Notes: generated from the letters alone by a model not told the origin. A stretch of 64,000 bases of DNA from Salinispira sp. (GCA_965602015.1 OZ271918.1:736001-800000), one strand, 5' to 3'; shown: positions 49,741-59,123, counted from the first letter of the stretch. Made by a program: numbers and translations.

Positions 49741-51758
49741 GGATTATCAAGAAGATTAACACCGGGCTCGTGAATGCCATTTTTGCGTTCATCGCCCTAT
49801 TTGTGATGCTTTTCACACATGCATCGTGCGATCTTATTCCGACAGAATCCGGGAGCATACGCGTCAGCGCAGAAAATGCGGTTTCAAGGACCATAGCCCC
49901 GGATATTTCAATGGATGTGGCCAGGTATGAAATCGACGGCCGGGGCCCGGGCGAAGCGCAATTCAATGGTCATTTCCTTCCCGGTGAAACCTTCCTGGCA
50001 GAGAGCCTGCTGTTTGGAACCTGGACCGTCGAGCTGACGGCGTTAAACGAGGCAAATGATGTAATCGGCCGGGGATCATCGGACTGTGAGGTTCGCAGCA
50101 ATGAGACGACAGTTCTTATCGTCGAAGTTCTTCCTATTGAGGGGACGGGAACATTAGATCTGTCGTTCGCCTGGAATCCTTCACTTATAGATATGCCTGA
50201 ACTACGGGCATCGCTTATTCCCGTCAGCGGCGAAACAATCGATCTTGATGTTGTTCTGGATGCCCCGCAAGGGAACGCAACCTACCGTTCAGATTTTGCT
50301 AGCGGGTATTATACCCTGATTCTTCAGTTACTTGACAACGGCGCCCTTACAACCGGTCTGGTGGAAGTTGTCCGTGTCGTCGATAGCCAGGTTTCCTCGG
50401 CGGATATTGTATTTGAAAACATCAATATGCCGGGAGGCAGCATCGATATCAATGTTGATCTCGCTCTTGCTGATCCCATTCAGCTAACATTGGAGAATCA
50501 GCCGACCTTCATGCTTTCCGGTGATACGGTAGTATATGAGCCGGAAGTGAGCAATTATGCTGATAATCTGATATTTACCTGGTATGTCGACGGCCGGGCA
50601 GTGGACAACGCCGAGCAATTCTCCATGAATGGCACCTGGGGCGCAGGGTATCATCGCCTCTCTGTGACAGTTTTTACCCCTGACGGGCTTCGGGCCGGCA
50701 GCGCCCAACATGCCGTATATGTATCTGCCCAAAGCGGCTCAACGGAAGATTTGAGTGATCGTCTGGTATTGGGTGGGAGCAATTATTACGTGGATGATCA
50801 AAACCGCTTGTGGGGCTGGGGCGGCAACAGGGACGGACAAATGCTGCGGCCGGCGGGTGAGGACCTGGCAATCCCGACGGTAATAATGAGTGACGTAGCC
50901 AAGGTATGGAGCTCGGGCTATCATACGGGAATCCTAAAAACCGACGGCAGTTTTTGGACTGCCGGGTACAACTACCACGGCGAGTTAGGTGACGGCACTC
51001 GGAACAGCAGCTCGACTGCAATCAACGTCATGAATAATGTGGCTGACGCCTCGCTTTCGGGAAGCAGAACCATGATCATTACCGATTCCGGCGAAGCCTA
51101 CGGAACCGGCTATAACTACCACGGCCAGCTCGGCGACGGCACCAATATTAACAGAACGGGCTTTGTTCACGTAATGTCCGGTGTTACAAAAATTGAGAGC
51201 ACGGCGGTTACAACCTTGTTCCTTAAAGCCGACGGTAGCGCCTGGGGTTGCGGTGCCAACAGCAGCGCTCAATTAGGCGACGGGTTCACCGCGTCAGTGT
51301 ATTCCACCCCCTTTCTCATCGAGACGGGTATTGCTGATATCGCCATCGGCTGGAGCGGCTTCCTGCTGAGAACCGACGGTACCTTATTGGCCTCCGGAGT
51401 TAATCATTATGGCGAAATAATGAGCGGCGACACCGATCAATACCTGACGTACACAGAGCTGCTGCAGAATGTCGCTGAAATCGAATCGGGAGGCAATTAC
51501 AGTTATGTTCGCTTCACCGATGGTCGGGTAATCGCTGCCGGCTATAACTTCCAAAGAGAACTCGGAACAGGAGGCCGTACTCACCGGGTTGAGCCGGTGA
51601 CAATCGGAACGGGAATCGTAGACATCATTCCCGGAGAATATGCTTCGGCAGTTCAAACAGCTGACGGACAAATTCTTGTTTTCGGAAGCGTTCAGAACGG
51701 TCCCGATTTCAACCGACAGGACTACAGCCCCCTGCCCGAAGCTTTTTCCCTCTATTAA
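49737..51758 (+). CDS. Surface lipoprotein with C-terminal RCC1-like repeats
   Basis: Lipobox-like HAS-C; repeats DGSFWTAGYNYHGELGDGT, GEAYGTGYNYHGQLGDGT and DGSAWGCGANSSAQLGDG. Confidence 0.85.
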   Translation: MRIIKKINTGLVNAIFAFIALFVMLFTHASCDLIPTESGSIRVSAENAVSRTIAPDISMDVARYEIDGRGPGEAQFNGHFLPGETFLAESLLFGTWTVELTALNEANDVIGRGSSDCEVRSNETTVLIVEVLPIEGTGTLDLSFAWNPSLIDMPELRASLIPVSGETIDLDVVLDAPQGNATYRSDFASGYYTLILQLLDNGALTTGLVEVVRVVDSQVSSADIVFENINMPGGSIDINVDLALADPIQLTLENQPTFMLSGDTVVYEPEVSNYADNLIFTWYVDGRAVDNAEQFSMNGTWGAGYHRLSVTVFTPDGLRAGSAQHAVYVSAQSGSTEDLSDRLVLGGSNYYVDDQNRLWGWGGNRDGQMLRPAGEDLAIPTVIMSDVAKVWSSGYHTGILKTDGSFWTAGYNYHGELGDGTRNSSSTAINVMNNVADASLSGSRTMIITDSGEAYGTGYNYHGQLGDGTNINRTGFVHVMSGVTKIESTAVTTLFLKADGSAWGCGANSSAQLGDGFTASVYSTPFLIETGIADIAIGWSGFLLRTDGTLLASGVNHYGEIMSGDTDQYLTYTELLQNVAEIESGGNYSYVRFTDGRVIAAGYNFQRELGTGGRTHRVEPVTIGTGIVDIIPGEYASAVQTADGQILVFGSVQNGPDFNRQDYSPLPEAFSLY

Positions 51759-51775
51759 TAGTTCTTCGGCTGTAT

Positions 51776-51812
51776 GCTGCGGGAGGATCAACTTGATCCT
51801 CCCGCAGCTTTT
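51776..51812 (+). terminator. Rho-independent terminator
   Basis: 15-bp perfect stem GCTGCGGGAGGATCA/TGATCCTCCCGCAGC followed by TTTT, 17 bp after the RCC1 gene stop. Confidence 0.85.
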
Positions 51813-51849
51813 ATACACCCGCATCACATTGAACCGCAGCAACTATTCC

Positions 51850-51877
51850 TTGACAGCCCCAAAGCCTCCTGTATAAT
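51850..51877 (+). promoter_or_regulatory. Consensus sigma70 promoter of the ord operon
   Basis: TTGACA (51850-51855), 16-bp spacer, TATAAT (51872-51877). Confidence 0.8.
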
Positions 51878-51894
51878 TACTACTTCAATAGTAA
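51877..51894. promoter_or_regulatory. Putative TrmB operator 3 (ord operon)
   Basis: TTACTACTTCAATAGTAA overlapping the last base of the -10 box and the predicted +1. Confidence 0.72.
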
Positions 51895-51992
51895 ATAGTG
51901 CGCGCCTGGTCTGCTGTATTAGACTCAGGCCGTGGGCGCGGTGATCCCTCATGTGTGCAGCGCGTGGTTTCATCGGGCCAATGGGAGATACA

Positions 51993-53054
51993 ATGAAAGA
52001 ACGGGTCAAGGTCCTCCTCTGGGGCTTCGGGGCAATGGGATCGGGCATGGCACGGATGCTTCTGCAAAAAACCGGCGTTCAGATTAGCGCGGTTTGCGAC
52101 AATCACCCTCAGCGGGCCGGCAAAAGCATCTTTGAGGTATTGGGGCAGGAAGCAGGGGATCATCCGGATGTCATCATTCGACCTGATATACATGAAGCAC
52201 TGTCGGATGCCCGGGCCGCCGGAGCTGTATCAATCGCCCTGTTGGCTACCGATTCCTTCACCAAAATGGCTTATGAGAAAATCATGCTCCTGGTGAACGA
52301 GGGAATCAATGTTATTTCCACCGCCGAGGAAATGGCCTATCCCAGGGCAGGCGAGCCCGAACTTGCCCAGAACATTGACCGGGCTGCCAAGGCTTCCGGG
52401 GTCAGCGTGCTGGGAACCGGCATCAATCCCGGGCTGATTATGGATCTGCTGGTGGTTCTGATGACCGGCGCATGCATCAATATCGATTCGATCAAAGCCG
52501 AACGGGTCAACAGTCTATCTCCCTTCGGTCCGGCGGTAATGGAGGAACAGGGAGTCGGCCTCAGCCCCGAAGAGTTTAGAGAAGGGGCGGCCAATGGCAG
52601 CTTGGCCGGCCATGTGGGCTTTGCCGAGTCGGTGAACATGATAGCCGACGCTGTGGGCTGGAAGCTGGACGGTCCCGTTGAACAGGCAATGAAGCCAATT
52701 ATTTCGTCGGTTCCCCGCAAAACCGAGTACATAGAAATAGAAGCCGGCCAGGTCGCGGGCTGCAATATGACCGGTTCAGGAAGGGTTTCGGGGACCGGAG
52801 GCATCGAAATGGACCATCCGCAGCAGATTGAACCGGAGCTGGAGGGAACCGACACCGGTGATTATGTGACTATTAAGGGTACGCCGGATATCAATCTTTC
52901 CATCAAACCCGAAGTGCCCGGAGGCATCGGGACCATCGCCATGTGCGTCAATATGATTCCCCAGGTGATCAATGCATCTCCTGGCTTAAAAACCATGCTC
53001 GACCTGCCGGTTCCCCGGGCGATTCTGGGCGATATCCGCGACCGCATCGAATAG
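51993..53054 (+). CDS. ord: 2,4-diaminopentanoate dehydrogenase
   Basis: WGFGAMGSG, ATDSFT, STAEEMAYP, LGTGINPG and HPQQIEP motifs; adjacent to oraSE. Confidence 0.93.
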   Translation: MKERVKVLLWGFGAMGSGMARMLLQKTGVQISAVCDNHPQRAGKSIFEVLGQEAGDHPDVIIRPDIHEALSDARAAGAVSIALLATDSFTKMAYEKIMLLVNEGINVISTAEEMAYPRAGEPELAQNIDRAAKASGVSVLGTGINPGLIMDLLVVLMTGACINIDSIKAERVNSLSPFGPAVMEEQGVGLSPEEFREGAANGSLAGHVGFAESVNMIADAVGWKLDGPVEQAMKPIISSVPRKTEYIEIEAGQVAGCNMTGSGRVSGTGGIEMDHPQQIEPELEGTDTGDYVTIKGTPDINLSIKPEVPGGIGTIAMCVNMIPQVINASPGLKTMLDLPVPRAILGDIRDRIE

Positions 53055-53064
53055 GAGAAATAAC

Positions 53065-53478
53065 ATGAAGGAACGACCCGACGATTATACCCGGCGCCGT
53101 GCTCATTTGGCGGATTTGACCGAAGAGCAGCTGGAAGCCCATTTCTGGGATCTGGCCGACAAGCTGACCCAGCCCTTAATCGAACTGGCTCATGGTCATA
53201 CCAGCCCGTCAATCGAGCGCTCGGTGCTCCTGAGAATGGGCCTGTCATCCATTGAATCCCAATCGCTTGTAAGCCGGGCGGTGGATACCGGCCTGATTGG
53301 AAAAGGCGCAGGTCATATCGTCTACAAAATCAGCAAACATACGGGGTTGGATATCCGAGCGGCCGGGCAGGCTCTGGCCGAAGGCCGGTACTGGGATGAT
53401 GCGGCCCGGCTCTTCGCTCAAAGCGGACCTTCGTCAAACGCGTCGGGAACCGAAACATCAGCCGGAGGGCAACAATGA
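53065..53478 (+). CDS. oraS: D-ornithine 4,5-aminomutase, small subunit
   Basis: R.DDY..RR.HL, HTSPSIERSVLLRMG and GKGAG motifs. Confidence 0.93.
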   Translation: MKERPDDYTRRRAHLADLTEEQLEAHFWDLADKLTQPLIELAHGHTSPSIERSVLLRMGLSSIESQSLVSRAVDTGLIGKGAGHIVYKISKHTGLDIRAAGQALAEGRYWDDAARLFAQSGPSSNASGTETSAGGQQ

Positions 53479-55679
53479 AGCTGGAAACGAATAAAAAGCT
53501 CGATGTCGAGGAAATCCTCAAGGACCTTGAAAGCTATCACCCTCGACGCCGCGGCTGGACATGGAGGAAGGGTATCGGCGAAAAGCGGGGTATCGGTCCG
53601 TTCGAGTACTATCAGACCAGTGAAAACCTGAACAACAATGTGCCCCTCCCTGCCGCCCATTATTTCGGAGATATCGACCCCCAGCCCGTGAGCACCATTA
53701 CCACGGAAATCGCTTCAGGGCGATTCGAGGACGACATACGCCGGATGAGAATGGCCGCCTGGCACGGAGCGGACCACCTGATGGTTATCCGCACCGCAGG
53801 CCAGAGTCATATGGACGGGCTTCTGGAGGGAACTCCCCAGGGTATAGGCGGCGTGGCGATTACCCGAAAGCAGCTGCGGGCACAGCGGAAGGCCCTTGAT
53901 GCCATTGAGGACGAGGTCGGGCGGCCCATTAACTACCACTCCTATGTCAGCGGAGTGGCCGGACCGGAGATGGCGGTACTATTCGCCGAAGAAGGGGTGA
54001 ACGGAGCCCACCAGGACCCCCAGTACAACGTCTTGTACCGCAATGTGAACATGGTCCGCTCTTTCGTGGATGCGGCTGCGGCAAAAAAAGTTATGGCCTG
54101 GGCGGGAATTGCCCAAATCGACGGCGCCCATAACGCCAACGCCACAGCCCGCCAGGCCTGGAAGGTTATGCCCGAGCTGATGGTCCAGCATGCCCTGAAC
54201 TCCATGTTTTCCGTAAAGTCCGGCATGCCAAAGGAAGACATCTGCCTTTCAAGCGTTCCTCCCAGCGCGCCTCCGGCTCCGGCCATGCGGCTCGATCTGC
54301 CCTATGCCGTGGCACTGAGGGAATTATTCCGGGATTACAAAATCCGGGCCCAGCAGAACACCAAATACATGACCAGTTCCGCCCGGGAGGCCACGGTGAC
54401 CCACACCCTGAACCTTCTGATAAGTCAGTTTACCCGGGCTGAAATCCAGTCGACCATCACCCCCGATGAGGGACGGAATGTCCCCTGGCATATTTATAAT
54501 ATAGAGGGAACAGATACCGCCAAGCAGGCTTTTAGCGGGATGGACGGTCTCATGGAGATGGTTCAGCTCCGCAGGGACGAAGGCGAGCTCGCCGATTCGG
54601 TCCGGGAGCTCAAGGAGCGGGCCGTTCTGTACATGGAGGAAATGCTCGAGCTCGGAGGGTATTTCAAGGCGGTTGAGGCCGGGATGTTCGTCGATTCGGG
54701 CAAGTACCCCGAGCGAAACGGCGATCCCATCGTCCGAAAAGTCGACGACGGCATCGGCGCCGGCACAGTGTACCCCAGAGATGAGGAGTACATGGCCCCT
54801 GTTACCGCGCACTTCGGATACAACAATCTCAAGCCCTTCGGCCCCGAAGCCGTAAAAAATCCATCCAGCCTGATCGGCGGTTCAACCTTCGAAAATCCGG
54901 ATAAAATTGTCTTCATCGATGAGCTCGACGAGAGCGACAACGTCAACCTCCGCATGGCGGAAACCGCTGAGCTCCGGGGCGGAACCAAAATCAAGCCTGA
55001 AATGGAGTGGCAGGGTGACGGAACGGTGCTTGTGACCGTCTTCCTGCCCACAGACGAGCGCACCGCCAAGGTCGCGGCTCTTGAAGTGGGTAAGGCAATG
55101 AACCTGAGCGAGTGTGAGGTTATTCACAGCGAGGTCATGCACCCCTCGGAGGGGACCCGCATCGAGTTAAAGGGCAGGCTGGATGTAATAATCGATACGG
55201 CTTCCCTTGAAATCCCCCCGGAGCCCGACATCATGACCGCCGAAGAAGTGGCAGCCGAAGTAAAGGTCCGGCCCCTCACAATAGTTGCGGGAACCGTGGG
55301 CGAGGACGAGCATTCGGTGGGCCTGAGGGAAATAATCGACATCAAGCACGGCGGAATCGAGGGGTACGGAATACAGTGTCTCTACCTGGGGACTTCCGTA
55401 CCCCTGGAAAAACTGGTTGATGCGGCCATCGAGGCAGATGCCGAGGCAATTCTGATGTCCACCATTATCAGTCATGATGAAATTCACTATAAAAATATGA
55501 AGCGGGTCCACGAGCTGTGCATTGAGAAAGGGGTGCGCGACCGCCTTCTGATTCTTGCCGGCGGAACCCAGGTAACTCCAGACCTGGCGGTAAAACAGGG
55601 AGTCGATGCGGGCTTCGGACGGGGTACCAAGGGCATCCACGTGGCCACCTTCCTGGTAAAAAACCGCAAGGGCAGGTAA
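53475..55679 (+). CDS. oraE: D-ornithine 4,5-aminomutase, large subunit (PLP and AdoCbl dependent)
   Basis: EIASGRFEDDIRRMRMAAWHGADH; C-terminal B12 domain GEDEHSVG...IDIKHGG with the PLP lysine. Confidence 0.96.
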   Translation: MKLETNKKLDVEEILKDLESYHPRRRGWTWRKGIGEKRGIGPFEYYQTSENLNNNVPLPAAHYFGDIDPQPVSTITTEIASGRFEDDIRRMRMAAWHGADHLMVIRTAGQSHMDGLLEGTPQGIGGVAITRKQLRAQRKALDAIEDEVGRPINYHSYVSGVAGPEMAVLFAEEGVNGAHQDPQYNVLYRNVNMVRSFVDAAAAKKVMAWAGIAQIDGAHNANATARQAWKVMPELMVQHALNSMFSVKSGMPKEDICLSSVPPSAPPAPAMRLDLPYAVALRELFRDYKIRAQQNTKYMTSSAREATVTHTLNLLISQFTRAEIQSTITPDEGRNVPWHIYNIEGTDTAKQAFSGMDGLMEMVQLRRDEGELADSVRELKERAVLYMEEMLELGGYFKAVEAGMFVDSGKYPERNGDPIVRKVDDGIGAGTVYPRDEEYMAPVTAHFGYNNLKPFGPEAVKNPSSLIGGSTFENPDKIVFIDELDESDNVNLRMAETAELRGGTKIKPEMEWQGDGTVLVTVFLPTDERTAKVAALEVGKAMNLSECEVIHSEVMHPSEGTRIELKGRLDVIIDTASLEIPPEPDIMTAEEVAAEVKVRPLTIVAGTVGEDEHSVGLREIIDIKHGGIEGYGIQCLYLGTSVPLEKLVDAAIEADAEAILMSTIISHDEIHYKNMKRVHELCIEKGVRDRLLILAGGTQVTPDLAVKQGVDAGFGRGTKGIHVATFLVKNRKGR

Positions 55680-57205
55680 TGAGCGCCGGAGGAGTATTAA
55701 CCGTCGACCTGCTGTCGGCGGAAATCGGCAGCACGACGACGGTGGTCAGCGCCTTCGACGGACTGGGCCTGGAATCCGGATCCTCGGTTTTTCGGGGCTC
55801 GGGCGAGAAAGCCCATGCCTCCGCAGCGCCAGATGCGCCGCACAGGAGCAAAAGCGCCGGAGTTCCCCGGTTTCTCGGTCAGGGTTCAGCGCCGACCAGC
55901 GTGTATCCCCCCCAAGCCGACGTCCGCCTTGGTCTGGAGGCGGCGATCAGCGATCTCGCCGCCCGCCTGGGATATGACAGACTGGAGTGGCGAAGATTCT
56001 CCGCCAGCAGTTCGGCGGCCGGCGGCCTGCGGATGAGCGTGCACGGCCTGGTGTATGACATGACGGTTAAGGCCGCCCGGGAGGCCGCCCTGGGGGCCGG
56101 GGCGAACATCATTCATGTCACCGCCGGCCGTCTGCGCCGTCTGGACATCAAAAAAACCATCGAGCACAAGCCGAATATAATCATGATAGCCGGCGGTCTG
56201 GACTACGGTGAGCGGGACACGGCCCTGGACAACGCCGAGCTTATTTCAGCCGCCCTGTCTTCTGCGGGGCTCCCGATTCCGGTGATCTACGCCGGAAATA
56301 TTGAAAACCACGATGAAATCCGGGAGATCTTCTCGGGTCATGCAAGCAGGCTCTATATCTGCGAGAACGTATACCCCCGCATCGACGAGCTGAACATCGA
56401 GCCGGCCCGCCGGATCATCCAGGACGTGTTTGAGCAGCACATCGTGCATGCCCCGGGCATGGAGCATATTCGCGAGCTGGTAAACGGCCATATTATGCCG
56501 GTTCCCGGAGCGGTTATGGCAAGCGCCAGGCTTTTGCGGGAATCGATCGGCGATGTAGTGGTTTTCGACGTCGGGGGCGCCACCACGGACATACACTCGG
56601 TGTGCTCCGATTCGCCGGAGATCGAGCGCATACTAATCGCTCCGGAGCCCCTGGCCAAGCGAAGCGTCGAGGGCGACTTGGGGGTGTATGTAAACCGAAT
56701 TAGCATTGTGGAGACAGCGGGTTGCGACGCGATAGCCGCATTTTTATCACGGGAAGCTATCCAAACACCCGGTTTGCATCCCGGCAGCCAGGAACTTGAG
56801 GACGAAATCCGACGGCTGCCGCCCATCCCCGTATCGGCCAGGGAGAAAGCCCTTGTCCGGGCCCTGACATTTCACGCCTGCCGCATCGCCCTGCAGCGCC
56901 ATGCGGGATGCCTGCGGGAACTGTACAGCATTTCCGGAAAGGAAACCCTTGCGGAGGGCAAAGATCTGAGCGCCGTGCAATACCTATTGGCTACCGGAGG
57001 CGCTCTCACCCGTCTCCCCGATGCCCCGGCAATACTCAGGGCGGTCCTGGCGGCACGAAGGGGCGCTGAACTCTACCCCCTGCCGAACACTCCCATTTTG
57101 CTGGACAATGATTATATTATGGCTACCATGGGAGTTCTTGCCGGCGAATACCCCCGGGAAGCCCTGTGGCTGCTAAAAAAAAGTCTGGGAATACATAATG
57201 AATAA
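55679..57205 (+). CDS. GlmL/MutL-related ornithine aminomutase reactivating factor
   Basis: AEIGSTTT, SSSAAGGL, IAGG.DYGE, DVGGATTD.HS and RSVEGDLG motifs. Confidence 0.9.
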   Translation: MSAGGVLTVDLLSAEIGSTTTVVSAFDGLGLESGSSVFRGSGEKAHASAAPDAPHRSKSAGVPRFLGQGSAPTSVYPPQADVRLGLEAAISDLAARLGYDRLEWRRFSASSSAAGGLRMSVHGLVYDMTVKAAREAALGAGANIIHVTAGRLRRLDIKKTIEHKPNIIMIAGGLDYGERDTALDNAELISAALSSAGLPIPVIYAGNIENHDEIREIFSGHASRLYICENVYPRIDELNIEPARRIIQDVFEQHIVHAPGMEHIRELVNGHIMPVPGAVMASARLLRESIGDVVVFDVGGATTDIHSVCSDSPEIERILIAPEPLAKRSVEGDLGVYVNRISIVETAGCDAIAAFLSREAIQTPGLHPGSQELEDEIRRLPPIPVSAREKALVRALTFHACRIALQRHAGCLRELYSISGKETLAEGKDLSAVQYLLATGGALTRLPDAPAILRAVLAARRGAELYPLPNTPILLDNDYIMATMGVLAGEYPREALWLLKKSLGIHNE

Positions 57206-59123
57206 GAATCCACAACTGCACGATACATCGGGGCCCCTTGTAGAGGTCGATATTGAAGCCATAGAAAACAACGCCCGAATTATCTGCGGACTCTGCGCGG
57301 ACAACGGCATAGAGGTCACGGCGGTGACCAAGGTTACCTGCGGCATGCCCCAGGTCGCCAAAGCCCTGCTCAGATCGGGAGTACGTCAGCTCGGCGAAAG
57401 CCGGCTTGAAAATATCTACCGCCTGCGTTCCGGGGGCATCAGCGCGTCGGTCATGCTTCTGCGAATTCCCCCGATTTCCGCTGCCGAAGAAATCGTGCGC
57501 AGCGTTGACATCAGTCTCAACTCCGAGCTGCCGGTCATTGAACGGCTGTCGGAAGTCGCCCTGTCCATGGGCACGGTGCACCAGATTATTCTCATGGTTG
57601 ACCTGGGCGATCTCAGGGAAGGAATCTGGCCCGAGGACCTCATGGGCACAGTAGCCAGGGTGATTGAGCTAGAGGGTGTAAAAATCCGAGGACTGGGCAC
57701 AAACCTGACTTGCTATGGCGGAGTAATCCCCACAGAAGAAAATCTCGGCCGCCTGGTGAACTATGCGGAGACTATTGAAGACCGCTTCGGATTCGCTCTG
57801 GATGTCATATCAGGGGGGAATTCATCCACCCTCGATTTGCTTGCTGCCGGCAAGGTGCCCCGCCGGGTCAACAATCTGCGAATAGGCGAGGCCATTCTAT
57901 TAGGGCGGGAGACCGTAGAACGGCGGCCGTGGCCGGGTACCAGCCAGAAAGCATTTGTGCTCAGCGCCGAGCTCATAGAAAAGAAGGTCAAACCCTCGGT
58001 GCCCATCGGCGAGACCGGTCAGGACGCCTTCGGCGGCAAGCCGGTGTTCGAGGACCGGGGAGACCGCCTCCGGGGAATATTAAACATCGGACGGGAAGAT
58101 GTAGACGTTGATGGGCTTGAGCCCGTCGATTCCGGAGTACGGGTAATGGGCGCATCCAGCGATCACCTGCTTGTAGACCTCAGCGATGGGGAAAAACAAC
58201 CCGAGCTGGGCGATCGTGTGAAATTCATACCCAATTACTCCGCCTTGCTCGCATGCATGACCAGCGAATACGTCGGCAAGCGGGTAAGGCTTCCCGAGGG
58301 ACGGGATCAAACCACAGCTTCCACGGTGGCCCTGGCCGGCGAGCTCTTCCGCAAGAAAAAATACGGAAAGGAACTGGATATGTGGCTCGACCGCCTGGGC
58401 TATGTCAGGAAACAGCTCGGCGACCAGGCAGCTGCGGCTGAAATTGCCGGACATATCCGTCCCGGATCAATTCCGGTTCTCGGCGGCAGGAAATACAGCG
58501 TCCGGGGACTTGAGGCTGCAGGCCAAAGCATGAGTCAGTTCGGGCTCCTGTGGGTGGACTCGACCATCGCCGCGGAGGAATTGCGGCGGGTCCTGGGTCC
58601 GAGGGCCTTGATGGATAATGGCCCGGACAACCAGGCGGTTCGCGGCAAAACCGGCTCCGCTGAGCCTCACCACCATGCATCCTCGCTGGCCCTGGAGAAC
58701 ATCGTCCTGCTCGGAGTCCGGGAAATCGAAGAAGGCGCAGCCCGGCTCATCAGGCGTTTGGGCATCAGGGTGTACACCATGGAAGAGGTTTCCCTGCTGC
58801 CAATGAGGGAGATAGTCCGTCGATCCATCGCCCGCTGCAGCAGGGGAACCGAGGGAATCTATCTTAAATTTTCAGGCAGGGTGGCGGATAACGGTAATGA
58901 CGGTCTTACCAACCGGGAGACCCATCTCATTATGGAGCTTATCGCCGCAAGCGGAGCCCTGAGGGTGTTCGAGATGGATGATGACGATATCGGCGGTCTG
59001 GAGTCCTCGTATGTTCGCAGCAGCAGACAGGCCAGCGCGAACATGCCCCGCTTTTTGTTGTCCGCCCTCGGCAAGCGAATACTCGGCGCACCATCACCGA
59101 GCTCACCAGAGGCCTCCGGGTAG
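57198..59123 (+). CDS. orr: Ornithine racemase fused to a C-terminal degenerate arginase-like domain
   Basis: N-terminal AVTK, DLGDLREG, GTNLTCYG, SGGNSS, RIGE and GASSDH; C-terminal about 275 aa with arginase scaffold motifs (ENIVLLGVRE, VYTMEEV, GLTNRE, LSALGKRIL). Confidence 0.88.
   Translation: MNKNPQLHDTSGPLVEVDIEAIENNARIICGLCADNGIEVTAVTKVTCGMPQVAKALLRSGVRQLGESRLENIYRLRSGGISASVMLLRIPPISAAEEIVRSVDISLNSELPVIERLSEVALSMGTVHQIILMVDLGDLREGIWPEDLMGTVARVIELEGVKIRGLGTNLTCYGGVIPTEENLGRLVNYAETIEDRFGFALDVISGGNSSTLDLLAAGKVPRRVNNLRIGEAILLGRETVERRPWPGTSQKAFVLSAELIEKKVKPSVPIGETGQDAFGGKPVFEDRGDRLRGILNIGREDVDVDGLEPVDSGVRVMGASSDHLLVDLSDGEKQPELGDRVKFIPNYSALLACMTSEYVGKRVRLPEGRDQTTASTVALAGELFRKKKYGKELDMWLDRLGYVRKQLGDQAAAAEIAGHIRPGSIPVLGGRKYSVRGLEAAGQSMSQFGLLWVDSTIAAEELRRVLGPRALMDNGPDNQAVRGKTGSAEPHHHASSLALENIVLLGVREIEEGAARLIRRLGIRVYTMEEVSLLPMREIVRRSIARCSRGTEGIYLKFSGRVADNGNDGLTNRETHLIMELIAASGALRVFEMDDDDIGGLESSYVRSSRQASANMPRFLLSALGKRILGAPSPSSPEASG

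Noticed and set aside
45120..51849. Mobile element or prophage call for the lipoprotein block
   Set aside because: No integrase, transposase, phage genes or terminal repeats are visible; kept only as an inferred insertion.
51895..51992. Cobalamin or other riboswitch in the ord leader (the operon encodes a B12 enzyme)
   Set aside because: The leader is only about 100 nt and I see no B12-box or other recognisable conserved elements; an Rfam scan would settle it.
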